Assembly (NCBI GenBank): GCA_964409015.1
Contig: CAYPBS010000001.1
Location: 73,007-137,006 of the forward strand
Direction: 5' to 3'
DNA: 64,000 nucleotides
DNA from: an uncultured Sangeribacter sp.
Lineage (GTDB): Bacteria; Bacteroidota; Bacteroidia; Bacteroidales; Muribaculaceae
Position numbers and translations under genes: made by a program. The notes under the pieces were generated by a model. The model had not been told where the DNA came from. It did no database searches and saw nothing but the letters and a program-made list of their open reading frames with translations. Below, piece after piece: positions 8,368 to 19,022 of the stretch. Within the stretch, counting starts at the first letter, position 1. Each line of letters opens with the position of its first letter.

Positions 8368-11300
8368 ATGAGACTCGTTACAAAATGGCGGCTTATGCTT
8401 ATGGCTATGCTCCTGAGCGCGTTTGGAGCTAAGGCTGTTGGATGGCCCGCTAATTATGAAGGTGTGATGCTTCAGGGATTCTATTGGGATTCATACACCG
8501 ACACATCTTGGAAGAACCTTACAAACCAAGCCGATGAGCTTTCGAAATACTTCAAGCTCATCTGGATTCCTAATTCCGCTAAGGCAGAAGGAAACCCCAC
8601 CATGGGCTATCATCCTGTCTACTGGTTCACTAACCACAATTCCTCCTTCGGAACCGAGGCCGAGCTCCGCGCTATGATCGCAGCCTACAAGGCTAAGGGT
8701 ACCGGCTTCATCGCTGATGTCATTATCAACCATCGCGCCGGTGTCAGCAACTGGACCAACTTCCCGAAAGAAACTTGGAACGGAAAGACATATCAGATAG
8801 GCCCTGAAGGCATCTGCTCCGGCGACGAAGTCCGTAATCAATCCGGACAGGCAACTCCGACAGGCGCCCCAGACACGGGCGAAAACTGGGACGGTGCCCG
8901 GGATCTGGACCACACAAATGCTAACGTTCAGGCTAACTGCAAGGACTATATCAAGTGTCTCCTGACAGATTTCGGCTACGAAGGCGTCCGCTACGACTTT
9001 GTCAAAGGCTACGGCGCACAATACACCAAAATGTACAATCAGGCCAACAACGTAAAATACAGTGTCGGCGAATACTGGGATGGCAATTATGATGCTGTAA
9101 AAGGCTGGATCGAGGGCACCGGACGCGAGTCGGCCGCTTTCGACTTCCCCTTCAAGTATCAGCTCAACAAAGCCTTCAACGGAGGCGCACACAACTATGC
9201 CGAGCTCGTATGGATGGCTAACGGCACAACCCCTCAGCCTGCCGGCATGATACACTCCGGCTATCCTCAGCTGGCCGTGACTTTCGTCGACAATCACGAC
9301 ACATACCGCGACGGTAGCAAATTCACCGGAGACGTCCTTCTCGCCAACGCTTTCATGCTCGCATCTCCCGGCACCCCTTGTGTATTCTACCCACACTACA
9401 AGCAGTACAAGAGCCAGATACAAGCCATGATCGAAGCCCGCAACAGTGTCGGACTCAACAACACGAGCGCCGTGAACGTACTCGAACACAACGGCGCATG
9501 CTACGTAGCTGAAGTAACCGGCACAAAGGGCAAACTCTTCATCAAGATGGGCAACAGCTCCAAGACTCCCGGAACCGGTTACACCAAGAAAGCCTCCGGC
9601 AACGGATATGAAATCTGGACAACCTCGCAAGGAGGACAGACCGGTGGTGGTGGCACACAAGGTGGTGGCGACGACACCTCGGAAGTAATCATATACTTCA
9701 AGAATGACAAAGGCTGGACGACTCCCTATATCTACTATTGGGGCACATCCGCACCCGCATGGCCCGGCGTAGCTATGGAGAAACACAACGATGTATGGAA
9801 ATACACCTGTCCCGCCGGTACAACCGGTGTCATCTTCAATGCCGGCAACGGCGACGCCACAAAGACAGATGACTTCACTGCCATTCACAACCATATCTAC
9901 AGCACAACCGGCGACCTTGGAGAATACTCCGGTAGCTCTCAGGGTGGTGGCGGCCAAACATCCTCAGCCCCCGCTTCTCTCTACGTCATTGGAGAGGTTG
10001 ACGGCAACCTCTGGGCCTACGATCTGGGTACAAAGCTTACCAAAACAGGTAATAAATTCTACGGAGATGTCACCGTAAAAGGCGAGAAAGCGACAGCCAC
10101 AGACGGCTATTTCTCCTTCGCCGTGAATCTCGCATCCTCTTGGGATGAGCTCAACGCATCCGGCAACCGCTTCGCCCCCTCCGTTGACACCCCTCTGGCT
10201 CTCAACGAAACCGCTCCCCTGACGGACGCTCCTGAAGACGCCAAGGCATATTATTGCCCCAACGGAGAATACGCCATCATCGTCGATTTCGACAACAAGA
10301 CCGTTAAGCTTGCTCCCAAAGGCACCAAACCGGAAACCGGCGGTGGCCAAGGTGGCGGTGGCCAGACTACCGTGACAATGCCTGACGCCCTCTATATTGT
10401 AGGCAATATTCCCGGTTGCCAGTGGGATCCAAACCAGCCTGTGGAGATGGAGAAAGGCACATCCGGATTTCTTGCCAAAAACGTAGAGATCTCCGAAGGC
10501 TACAACGGCAACGGATACTTCAGTTTCCTCACGGTCAAGGCTGCCCTCCCCGCAGACTTCGAGACTGATCCCCAGAACCCCTTTGACTGGGATGGTCCCA
10601 ACGGAGGAAACAGTGGCGACCGCTACGGCTCCGCCGAACCCAACGCCCCGCTCGGTCTCAACGATTCAGCCGAGATGGTTTGCTTTCAGGCTGGAGTCAA
10701 TGCTTCGGCAGCCACAAGCTGGATGACCCCTGTAGGAACTTACGATATCATCGCTGACTTCAAGAACATGACAGTCAAACTGGTAACTGCCGGCACCGGC
10801 ACACTTCCCAACGAAGGTGGTGGCCAACAAGGTGGCGGCGGCGATGACGATGACCCCGAAATACCCTCCGAACTTTACCTCATCGGCGACCTACCCGACC
10901 ATAACTGGGAAGCCAACTACGGCATCAAGATGACAAAAGAGGGCAATGTATTCACAGCCTCCGGAGTAGAGCTTACAACCGCATACCAGAACGACTACGG
11001 CTATTTCAGCTTCGCTTCCGTACTCGGAACAACGCCGACCGACTGGGATGGTGACGGAACAACCGGCGGCCTCAACAGCGGCAATCGCTACGGCTCTACC
11101 GGTACTGCAGCTGTGCCGCCGCTGCCCGGTGTGGATATCGAAATAAACAATGGTGACACACTCGACATTGTGGAATTCAAAGCCGGGGTCAATGCTTCCG
11201 CCTGTGCAAGCTGGAAAGTCCTCCCCGGAAAGTACAACATCAAAGCCGACCTCGGCACAATGAAGATAACCTTGACAGACGCAGGAAGCTCCGTCAACGT

Positions 11301-11427
11301 TATTGACACCGACTTCGACGGAGAACCCGAATACTACAATATGCAGGGCATACGTGTCCACGAACCCTCTCAGGGCATCTATATCGTCCGTCGCGGTAAC
11401 AAAGTAACCAAGGAAGTAGTGAAATAA
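8368..11427 (+). CDS. Multimodular secreted GH13 alpha-amylase: catalytic domain, CBM26-like module, three SusE/F-like modules, T9SS CTD
   Basis: Signal peptide; GH13 motifs RYDFVKG, GEYWD, FVDNHD; 'IYFKNDKGW...YIYYW...WPGVAM'; three 'LY(V/I/L)(I/V)G...W' repeats with Gly-rich linkers; CTD 'YYNMQGIRV...GIYIVRRGNKVTKEVVK'. Confidence 0.9.
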   Translation: MRLVTKWRLMLMAMLLSAFGAKAVGWPANYEGVMLQGFYWDSYTDTSWKNLTNQADELSKYFKLIWIPNSAKAEGNPTMGYHPVYWFTNHNSSFGTEAELRAMIAAYKAKGTGFIADVIINHRAGVSNWTNFPKETWNGKTYQIGPEGICSGDEVRNQSGQATPTGAPDTGENWDGARDLDHTNANVQANCKDYIKCLLTDFGYEGVRYDFVKGYGAQYTKMYNQANNVKYSVGEYWDGNYDAVKGWIEGTGRESAAFDFPFKYQLNKAFNGGAHNYAELVWMANGTTPQPAGMIHSGYPQLAVTFVDNHDTYRDGSKFTGDVLLANAFMLASPGTPCVFYPHYKQYKSQIQAMIEARNSVGLNNTSAVNVLEHNGACYVAEVTGTKGKLFIKMGNSSKTPGTGYTKKASGNGYEIWTTSQGGQTGGGGTQGGGDDTSEVIIYFKNDKGWTTPYIYYWGTSAPAWPGVAMEKHNDVWKYTCPAGTTGVIFNAGNGDATKTDDFTAIHNHIYSTTGDLGEYSGSSQGGGGQTSSAPASLYVIGEVDGNLWAYDLGTKLTKTGNKFYGDVTVKGEKATATDGYFSFAVNLASSWDELNASGNRFAPSVDTPLALNETAPLTDAPEDAKAYYCPNGEYAIIVDFDNKTVKLAPKGTKPETGGGQGGGGQTTVTMPDALYIVGNIPGCQWDPNQPVEMEKGTSGFLAKNVEISEGYNGNGYFSFLTVKAALPADFETDPQNPFDWDGPNGGNSGDRYGSAEPNAPLGLNDSAEMVCFQAGVNASAATSWMTPVGTYDIIADFKNMTVKLVTAGTGTLPNEGGGQQGGGGDDDDPEIPSELYLIGDLPDHNWEANYGIKMTKEGNVFTASGVELTTAYQNDYGYFSFASVLGTTPTDWDGDGTTGGLNSGNRYGSTGTAAVPPLPGVDIEINNGDTLDIVEFKAGVNASACASWKVLPGKYNIKADLGTMKITLTDAGSSVNVIDTDFDGEPEYYNMQGIRVHEPSQGIYIVRRGNKVTKEVVK

Positions 11428-11462
11428 ACATTCCCTGAACAGAAATAATAAGCACACGAAAG

Positions 11463-11500
11463 TGAGGCTGTGTCAAAATGAAAATTTTGGCGCAGCCTCA
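11463..11500. terminator. Hairpin between convergent amylase and phoH genes
   Basis: tgaggctgtgtcaaaat-gaaa-attttggcgcagcctca. Confidence 0.65.
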
Positions 11501-11502
11501 AC

Positions 11503-11541
11503 CTTGTGATCGGCCATAATTGGCCAGTTTTCCCGATAACC
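11503..11541. repeat. Partial copy of the REP-like unit found at 47.6 and 48.0 kb
   Basis: cttgtgatcggccataattggccagttttccc versus cttgtgattggccataattggccaattttccc. Confidence 0.75.
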
Positions 11542-11590
11542 AACAACCCCGGACAAAACCTTGCCGACCCGAAGTATCCGCAACGGATCC

Positions 11591-12586
11591 TTACCTCGAA
11601 CCGATATGTGCGCCGGTCTCGGTCGAAGGCAACGAAAACTCAGCCTCGTCATCTTTCTCCCGAGCCTCGTAGGCATCTACTATGCGCTGTACCAGAGGAT
11701 GTCGCACGATATCCTTTTTCTCGTATTCTATGAGCCCGATACCCTTTACTCCTCTCAATATATTAAGAGCCTGAAGAAGGCCGCTGCGGGTATGACGCGG
11801 CAGGTCTATCTGGGTGACGTCACCCGTAATTATCATCTTGCCGTTCATGCCGAGACGCGTAAGAAACATCTTCATCTGATGTGTGGTCGTATTCTGAGCC
11901 TCGTCAAGGATGATTATGGCATCATTGAGGGTACGGCCACGCATGAAAGCGAGCGGAGCGATCTGAATCGTACCGCTCTCCATGTATTCCTTAAGCTTCA
12001 ACGCCGGAAGCATATCCTCCAGAGCGTCGTAGAGCGGTTGTAGATAAGGATCTATCTTATCCTTCATATCGCCGGGGAGAAAGCCCAGCTTTTCTCCGGC
12101 CTCCACAGCCGGACGCGATAAGATGATTCTGCGGGCCGACTTGTTCTTAAGGGCCGCCACGGCGAGAGCGATCGCTATGTAAGTCTTTCCCGTACCGGCT
12201 GGGCCAAGTGCGAATGTAAGGTCATTCTCGGCAAATGAAGCCACCATACGCGACTGATTGGCATTTCTGGGTGCTATCGGACGACCCGTCTGCCCGAAGA
12301 TGATTACACCCTCCGAATTAATCTTTTTCGGAGGCTCGCCACGGACGATGTCGATGATGACATCCTCGGTCAGCTTGTTGTATTTCGATGCGTATGCCTC
12401 GATTTCCTTGATTTTACGCTCGAACTCCGCTGTCTCGCTGTCCTCTCCGATAACCTTTATGACATTGCCTCGGGCAGCCATACGGAGTTTAGGGAAGAGA
12501 TTACGGACGAGAGAGATATTTGCGTTGTTAGGACCGTAGAAGGTCTGGGGATCTATGTTGTCTATTATTACGATGCGTTCTATCAT
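11591..12586 (-). CDS. phoH: PhoH-like ATPase (PhoH/YbeZ)
   Basis: GPAGTGKT, SRPAVEAGEKLGFLPG, RGRTL, DEAQN, GDVTQIDL. Confidence 0.93.
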   Translation of the reverse strand: MIERIVIIDNIDPQTFYGPNNANISLVRNLFPKLRMAARGNVIKVIGEDSETAEFERKIKEIEAYASKYNKLTEDVIIDIVRGEPPKKINSEGVIIFGQTGRPIAPRNANQSRMVASFAENDLTFALGPAGTGKTYIAIALAVAALKNKSARRIILSRPAVEAGEKLGFLPGDMKDKIDPYLQPLYDALEDMLPALKLKEYMESGTIQIAPLAFMRGRTLNDAIIILDEAQNTTTHQMKMFLTRLGMNGKMIITGDVTQIDLPRHTRSGLLQALNILRGVKGIGLIEYEKKDIVRHPLVQRIVDAYEAREKDDEAEFSLPSTETGAHIGSR

Positions 12587-12621
12587 ATCTTGTTCTAAAA
12601 GGAGAATGTCCGTCATGCGGT

Positions 12622-14112
12622 TCAACCCACGGAACCCTCAAGAGTGATTTGCAGTAGCTTCTGAGCTTCCACGGCAAACTCCATGGGAAGCTTGTTCATT
12701 ACCTCCTTGGCATAGCCGTTCACGATCATCCCGACCGCCTCTTCCGTAGGGATTCCGCGTTGATTGCAGTAGAAGATCTGCTCCTCGTTGATTTTGGAAG
12801 TCGTGGCCTCATGTTCCACGACGGAACTGTTGTTCCGTACATCGATGTAGGGGAAAGTATGGGCTCCGCATTTATCTCCCATGAGCAGCGAATCGCATTG
12901 TGTAAAATTACGGCAACCCGTCGCATCCGCAGCCACACGGACCAGTCCGCGGTAAGAATTCTGGCTCTTCCCGGCCGAGATGCCTTTGCTCACGATAGTA
13001 CTGCGGCTGTTTTTCCCGACATGTATCATCTTCGTACCCGTATCGGCCTGTTGGTAATTGTTGGTGACCGCCACACTGTAAAACTCGCCGACTGACTCGT
13101 CACCCTTCAGGATACAGGAAGGATATTTCCAAGTGATGGCGCTTCCCGTCTCCACCTGAGTCCACGACAACTTTGAACGATGTCCGCGGCAAAGTCCGCG
13201 CTTGGTCACGAAATTGTAGATACCACCCTTGCCGTCCTTATCTCCGGCATACCAATTCTGCACCGTGGAGTACTTCACTTCGGCACGTTCCTCGACAACA
13301 ATCTCGACAATGGCCGCATGCAACTGATTCTCGTCACGCATTGGAGCCGTACATCCTTCCAGATAACTGACGTAGGAATCGTCGTCGGCAACGATCAGAG
13401 TGCGCTCGAATTGACCCGTACCGGCAGCGTTTATCCGGAAATAAGTACTCAATTCCATCGGGCAACGCACTCCCTTGGGGATATAGACAAACGACCCGTC
13501 CGAGAACACTGCGGAATTCAGTGCGGCATAGAAGTTGTCGCGATAATTCACCACACTGCCGAGATATTTTTTAACCAGATCCGGATAGTCCTTCACGGCC
13601 TCGCTGATTGAGCAGAAAATGACCCCCAGTTCAGCAAGTTTATCCCGGTGGGTGGTCTTGACACTCACGGAGTCCATGACAGCATCCACTGCGACACCGG
13701 CAAGATGCTTCTGCTCCTCAAGCGAGATACCCAGCTTGTCAAAGGTCTTGATAAGCTCCGGATCTACATCGTCGAGACTCTTCTTTAGCTCTTTCTTACG
13801 AGGTGCTGCATAATAGCTGATAGCCTGAAAATCGATCGGAGGTATGGCGAGGTGAGCCCAGTCCGGAGGTGTCAGCGTGAGCCAATAGCGGAATGCCTTG
13901 AGACGGAAATCCAACAACCACTCGGGCTCCCCCTTCTTGCGGGAGATAAACCTTACGACATCTTCCGATAGTCCGGCGGGAGCGATCTCAGTATCGATAT
14001 CGGTCACAAAGCCGTACTTATATTCATTCTCCGTTGCATCGCGCAATACTTCGGCACTGCCGGAAAACGGTTCGGATTGGGCTTTTTTATCTTTTTCAGA
14101 GGTCTGATTCAT
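12622..14112 (-). CDS. sufB: Fe-S cluster assembly protein SufB
   Basis: [44 protein letters not shown] motifs. Confidence 0.97.
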   Translation of the reverse strand: MNQTSEKDKKAQSEPFSGSAEVLRDATENEYKYGFVTDIDTEIAPAGLSEDVVRFISRKKGEPEWLLDFRLKAFRYWLTLTPPDWAHLAIPPIDFQAISYYAAPRKKELKKSLDDVDPELIKTFDKLGISLEEQKHLAGVAVDAVMDSVSVKTTHRDKLAELGVIFCSISEAVKDYPDLVKKYLGSVVNYRDNFYAALNSAVFSDGSFVYIPKGVRCPMELSTYFRINAAGTGQFERTLIVADDDSYVSYLEGCTAPMRDENQLHAAIVEIVVEERAEVKYSTVQNWYAGDKDGKGGIYNFVTKRGLCRGHRSKLSWTQVETGSAITWKYPSCILKGDESVGEFYSVAVTNNYQQADTGTKMIHVGKNSRSTIVSKGISAGKSQNSYRGLVRVAADATGCRNFTQCDSLLMGDKCGAHTFPYIDVRNNSSVVEHEATTSKINEEQIFYCNQRGIPTEEAVGMIVNGYAKEVMNKLPMEFAVEAQKLLQITLEGSVG

Positions 14113-14137
14113 AGCACTTGGTTAAGTTGACAGAGGC

Positions 14138-14806
14138 TCACTCCTTTACGCCGAATGCAAGATCGCCGGCATCCCCGAGCCCCGGAACAATGTAGGAATG
14201 GGCATTTATCTCATTGTCGATCGCTCCGACCCACACTGTCGTCCGATCGGCCGGGAAAGTCGAGCATACATACTCCACAGCTTTCTTGGACGCTATTACG
14301 GAAGCTACATGGACATGAGCCGGCATCCCCTTGGAAAGCAAAGCCTTGTATCCCAGCTCCATGGAGGCTCCCGTTGCCAGCATCGGGTCAACAAGCAGCA
14401 GCGTCTTGCCTTCAATGGATGGAGAGGCCAGATATTCGATTAGGACATCGAAGGAATCCCCACCTTTCTCACGGTATTTCCTATACGCACTTACGAATGC
14501 ATTCTCGGCATGGTCGAAGAAACTTAGGAACCCCTGATGAAACGGAAGTCCCGCACGCAGTATTGTGCCGATCACTATTTCATCCGAAGGAGTCTGGCAT
14601 ACCGCCGTATCGAGCGGAGTCACCACTTCGACATCCTTATAGTTAAGGCGTTTGGAAATTTCGTATGCCATGATTTCACCTATACGTTGTAGGTTAAGGC
14701 GAAAACGCATCGGATCTTTCTGGATGGAGGTATCGCGCAACTCAAGCATATAGCGACTCACGAGAGAAGGCTGCTCGGCGAAATTTATGACTTCTATATT
14801 GTTCAT
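14138..14806 (-). CDS. upp: Uracil phosphoribosyltransferase
   Basis: ILRAG, DPMLATGAS, YIVPGLGDAGD. Confidence 0.95.
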   Translation of the reverse strand: MNNIEVINFAEQPSLVSRYMLELRDTSIQKDPMRFRLNLQRIGEIMAYEISKRLNYKDVEVVTPLDTAVCQTPSDEIVIGTILRAGLPFHQGFLSFFDHAENAFVSAYRKYREKGGDSFDVLIEYLASPSIEGKTLLLVDPMLATGASMELGYKALLSKGMPAHVHVASVIASKKAVEYVCSTFPADRTTVWVGAIDNEINAHSYIVPGLGDAGDLAFGVKE

Positions 14807-14895
14807 TGTAATCTAACTGAGGATAAGTTATGTGATGTTAATTCTGAGCTTCTCTTATTACAACATTTCTGAGAGCATTTTTATCACCCGTAAAA

Positions 14896-15816
14896 CTATT
14901 TTTTCAAAAAAGCATACTCCTCCGGCGCAGGAAGTATGGCCGAGGCCTCAGCGGCATCAAGCCTCAGTCGGTCTGCAAGCTCCTCCACCGAGGAAAATCG
15001 GATCTCCTCACGCAGACGATGGCAGAAATAGAGAGTAAGCCTCTTGCCGTAGAGGTCTTCATTGAAATTCAGCAAGTAAGCCTCAATGGATGTACGCGCA
15101 TCGGGCGAGAGATCGACCGTGGGACGTACACCGATATTTATGATTGCCTTCCGGTATAAATCACCGACCCGGGCATAACCGGCGTATACACCGGGAGCCG
15201 GTATAAGTCTCTGTGGATCCTCGACTGTCACATTTGCTGTCGGGAAACCGAGAGTACGGCCAAGCTGCCTCCCATGGCCGACAACTCCGGAGACTGAATA
15301 CGGACGCCTCAGCATCTCGGCACCCTCCCCGACAGCTCCGGCAAGCAAAGCCTTGCGGACAGCACTGCTGCTCACCCCGGGAAGCGCATGACAGAATTGC
15401 AGATCGAGTCCTGATTCCGAAGCGGAAACCGCATACTGCGACGCGGGAGTATCGATATCCTTCCCGAACCGGTTATCATGACCGACAAACAACACCTTGG
15501 CACCGTATTCATCACGCAACATCTCCATAAACTGTCTGTGGGTAAGCCCTCTCAGCTCCTGATTGAAGTTAAGGATACGCACGTCCGCCTCAGGATAAAC
15601 GCATCGTATCATCTCAATGCGCTCCTCGGGAGAAGAGAGCAATCCGGGAGCCCTCTCAGGTGCCACAACAGAAAGCGGATGAGGTGAAAGCACCAATACG
15701 AGTGGCGACAAACTCCGGGCCTCGGCCACCCTTCTCATTTCGCCAAGAAGCATCCTGTGACCGGCATGCACCCCGTCGAAAGTCCCTGTTGTAACGATCC
15801 GGTCCATCGCAGTCAA
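14896..15816 (-). CDS. ribF: Bifunctional riboflavin kinase / FAD synthetase
   Basis: GTFDGVHAGH, VSSSAVR, GRTLGFPTAN, NIGVRPT. Confidence 0.93.
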   Translation of the reverse strand: MTAMDRIVTTGTFDGVHAGHRMLLGEMRRVAEARSLSPLVLVLSPHPLSVVAPERAPGLLSSPEERIEMIRCVYPEADVRILNFNQELRGLTHRQFMEMLRDEYGAKVLFVGHDNRFGKDIDTPASQYAVSASESGLDLQFCHALPGVSSSAVRKALLAGAVGEGAEMLRRPYSVSGVVGHGRQLGRTLGFPTANVTVEDPQRLIPAPGVYAGYARVGDLYRKAIINIGVRPTVDLSPDARTSIEAYLLNFNEDLYGKRLTLYFCHRLREEIRFSSVEELADRLRLDAAEASAILPAPEEYAFLKK

Positions 15817-16448
15817 GAAAGTCCGTCGAGTCCTAAAGCTTCGATGAAATCAGTGTTTTCCGACAAATGAAGTCCTCGGATGCCACATCTTTCACCCGCT
15901 TCTATATTGACCTTCGAATCGTCAATGAAAAGTGTACGGGAAGGCTCGAGAGCATAGCGGCGCAGGAGAATCTCGAATATTTCGGGAGCCGGTTTGCAGA
16001 CTCCTTCCGCAAAGGATGCGATTATACCGTCGAAATAATCGTTTATTGCCAGTCCCTCTTGGCGGAACAACCTGTCGATCACGCTATTATACATGATCGG
16101 ATTGGTGTTTGAGAGAACAAATGTCCGCTTACCCATCCTCCTGAGCATCCTTATGGCCTCCAGACGACGGAGTGGAAGCCCGACTATGAAAGCTGTGAAA
16201 GACCTTTCCATCTGTTCATCTGTAATCTCATGGCTGGTGGCCATCTTGCGCAGCTCATCGTAGAATTGTGCTGCAGAAATCTTACCCTCCTCGAGAGCGA
16301 GAAAGATACCCTGCTGACGGTAGGCATCAAGAAGAGCATCAGCCTCGGCGATACCAAGCTTCTGAAGCTGCTCCACACACCTGTCGCGTTCGATGTCGAG
16401 AACCACACCTCCGAGGTCGAAAACGATATTGTCGATATCTCTTAGCAT
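15813..16448 (-). CDS. HAD-family phosphatase (YihX-like)
   Basis: FDLGGV, LSNTN, KP, FIDDS motifs; probable start MLRDI. Confidence 0.88.
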   Translation of the reverse strand: MLRDIDNIVFDLGGVVLDIERDRCVEQLQKLGIAEADALLDAYRQQGIFLALEEGKISAAQFYDELRKMATSHEITDEQMERSFTAFIVGLPLRRLEAIRMLRRMGKRTFVLSNTNPIMYNSVIDRLFRQEGLAINDYFDGIIASFAEGVCKPAPEIFEILLRRYALEPSRTLFIDDSKVNIEAGERCGIRGLHLSENTDFIEALGLDGLS

Positions 16449-16597
16449 AATAACCGGTGTTTGATATTGATACTGCTGCAAAATTAGTGAAAAAAATCGG
16501 TTTATACAGCGGAAAATTCCCTCTGCAAAGTTGGCGGCTTCCCACATTATGCTTAACTTTGCATATTGACACTATTACTTCCCATAAACTCATAGCT

Positions 16598-17578
16598 ATG
16601 ACAAAGATTAAATCCATAGGCATACTCACCTCCGGAGGCGATGCTCCGGGCATGAATGCCGCCATCCGTGCCGTGACCCGTTCCGCTATCTTCGCCGGAT
16701 TCAAGGTCTTCGGAATTTACCGGGGCTATCGGGGCCTTATCTCCGATGAAATCGAGGAATTTTCCACTCAGAACGTCTCTAACATCATTCAGCGTGGAGG
16801 TACCATACTGAAAACTGCACGATGCAAGGAATTCCAGACTCCGGAAGGCCGCCAATGCGCCTACGACGTCCTGAAACGACATGAAATCGACGCTCTGGTC
16901 GTGATCGGCGGAGACGGATCCCTCACCGGTGCCCGCGTATTCGGCAACGAATACTCCTTCCCCATCGTGGGCCTGCCCGGCACAATCGACAACGACCTCT
17001 ACGGCACAGACTCCACAATTGGATATGACACTGCCCTGAACACAATCATGGAGTGTGTCGATAAAATACGCGACACAGCGACAAGCCATGAACGTCTCTT
17101 CTTCATAGAAGTAATGGGACGCGATGCCGGATTCCTCGCCCTCAACGGAGCTATCGCATCAGGTGCCGAAGCCGCCATTATCCCCGAGATTTCCACTCAG
17201 ACAGACCAGTTGGCCGATCTCATCGACTCCGGATTCCGCAAATCGAAAAACTCCTCGATTGTTCTCGTGGCTGAGAGCCCCATCACCGGAGGCGCCATGG
17301 GACTTGCAGAGCGCATGGAGAAAGAGTACCCCAATTACGATGTGCGTGTCACGATCCTTGGCCACCTGCAACGCGGTGGATCGCCGACAGCATTCGACCG
17401 CATTCTCGCCTCACGCATGGGCGCTGCAGCTGTCGACGCACTTCTTGACGACCAGCGCAACGTCATGATCGGTATTAAAAACGACGAAATCGTCTACGTC
17501 CCTTTCACCAAGGCCATCAAGAACGACAAACCGATCAACTCGGAGCTGCTAAACACCTTGCGTCGCCTGTCAATCTGA
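16598..17578 (+). CDS. pfkA: ATP-dependent 6-phosphofructokinase
   Basis: [33 protein letters not shown]. Confidence 0.97.
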   Translation: MTKIKSIGILTSGGDAPGMNAAIRAVTRSAIFAGFKVFGIYRGYRGLISDEIEEFSTQNVSNIIQRGGTILKTARCKEFQTPEGRQCAYDVLKRHEIDALVVIGGDGSLTGARVFGNEYSFPIVGLPGTIDNDLYGTDSTIGYDTALNTIMECVDKIRDTATSHERLFFIEVMGRDAGFLALNGAIASGAEAAIIPEISTQTDQLADLIDSGFRKSKNSSIVLVAESPITGGAMGLAERMEKEYPNYDVRVTILGHLQRGGSPTAFDRILASRMGAAAVDALLDDQRNVMIGIKNDEIVYVPFTKAIKNDKPINSELLNTLRRLSI

Positions 17579-17589
17579 CAGATACCGAG

Positions 17590-18345
17590 ATGAACCCACA
17601 AAAAAATAGCCCCACAAAGATTCGTCATAGAAATCCGGCCACGGACATCAGCTGGATTGCACGAATCTTTGTGCTCGTGCTTTCCGTATTGCTCATCGTC
17701 TTCATTAGCTACGACACTCTGAAAGGAATAGACTTTCTGGAAAACGCCACCTACATGAACTTTCAATTCTGGGTATGCGTGGTCTTTCTGGCTAACTTCT
17801 TCATTGAATTATATTTCTCCAAGTCCAAACGCACTTACATGAAGCGTCACTGGATCTTCCTTGTCGTATCCATACCATACCTCAATATCATTAACCTCTT
17901 CGATATACAGATAGAACACCAAGCGCTCTACTTCATTCGCTTTGTCCCCTTAGTGAGAGGCGCTTACGCCATGGCATACGTCGTTGCGTTCTTCTCCACC
18001 AACAGAGCCCTGAGCCTCCTGAGCCAGTATATCGTCGTGATGGTATCAGCAGTGTACTTTATCTCGCTTATATTCTATCAACAGGAAAGCGGTATCAACC
18101 CTCAGGTGACAAACTTCTGGGATGCCATCTACTGGGCATGTCTTGAAGCCACGACAGTCGGTTCCGACATCGCTCCGGCGACACTTGCCGGTCGTGTATG
18201 CGCCATCGCAAGCTCAGTAATCGGAGTGATGATGTTCCCCGTATTCACTGTCTTTATAACAACTTACCTGAATGACCTTCGGAACAAGAACATTCCGACA
18301 CCGACGAAAAGCTCGGATCAAGATGCCGACTCATCCGGCAACTGA
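17590..18345 (+). CDS. Potassium-channel family membrane protein
   Basis: Six TM segments; pore helix 'FWDAIYWACLEATTVGSD'. Confidence 0.8.
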   Translation: MNPQKNSPTKIRHRNPATDISWIARIFVLVLSVLLIVFISYDTLKGIDFLENATYMNFQFWVCVVFLANFFIELYFSKSKRTYMKRHWIFLVVSIPYLNIINLFDIQIEHQALYFIRFVPLVRGAYAMAYVVAFFSTNRALSLLSQYIVVMVSAVYFISLIFYQQESGINPQVTNFWDAIYWACLEATTVGSDIAPATLAGRVCAIASSVIGVMMFPVFTVFITTYLNDLRNKNIPTPTKSSDQDADSSGN

Positions 18346-18411
18346 AATCTGACCTTCTCACTTACACCCGAATCAAGACACAAACAAGACCCGAAAGCTC
18401 AGTCTGATATA

Positions 18412-18575
18412 CAAACGAAAGCGCCGTCCTCTTTCGCAAGATGACGGCGCTGTAAATTTTGAAAATTCTACAAACCTAACATAAACGATTTATTTACGAA
18501 TATCTTTAACTAACCTTGTGAAACTTGGTTACTGCTATTATCTAATCGAGCGTCAAACACATATCCTGTTTTCGA
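18412..18575 (-). ncRNA. Candidate sRNA 1 (paralog of sRNA 2)
   Basis: Minus-strand TAATTTTG at 18581-18588; terminator stem 18420-18451; 20-nt core shared with sRNA 2; ends approximate. Confidence 0.55.
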
Positions 18576-18828
18576 CACTGCAAAATTAAGACCGCCGGCC
18601 TGTCCTGACAACTATTCCAAAAGGATAAGAAGAAAAATATAAGTCCAATCATCTACATTTCTTTGATTATCAGATATATATACAATCAAGAATATAATCT
18701 GTAATCAGTATTGATATAAGCGAGCACATCCAATATATGTGAATAGACGGAGTGTAAAGCATGAATATCTCTCTTAGAATCTACACAAAAAAGCACCGCC
18801 ATTAAAAAATGTGATGCCGGAAGCAAAA

Positions 18829-19022
18829 TAAAAAAGGAAGCGTCTTTCCCAAGAAACTTCCTTATTGCTTTTTGCGAATCATAAGTTGTTTAATCTACTT
18901 TTCTACAAACCTAACATAAAAATTTATCCTCTTACATGTCTCTTGGATGAGACATCTTTAACTTTCAAAGTAAATCCCGGACCTCTCCGGAATAGTGGAA
19001 GCGGAGTCTCATCCGTCTTTCC
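18829..19022 (-). ncRNA. Candidate sRNA 2 (paralog of sRNA 1)
   Basis: Minus-strand TTTG-N19-TAAATTTG at 19028-19058; terminator stem 18834-18863 with U-tract; shared core at 18901-18920; ends approximate. Confidence 0.6.

Noticed and set aside
8491-9957. Long antisense ORFs (also 22259-23134, 27279-28055, 55021-55848 and others)
   Set aside because: Shadow frames of well-supported genes caused by codon bias
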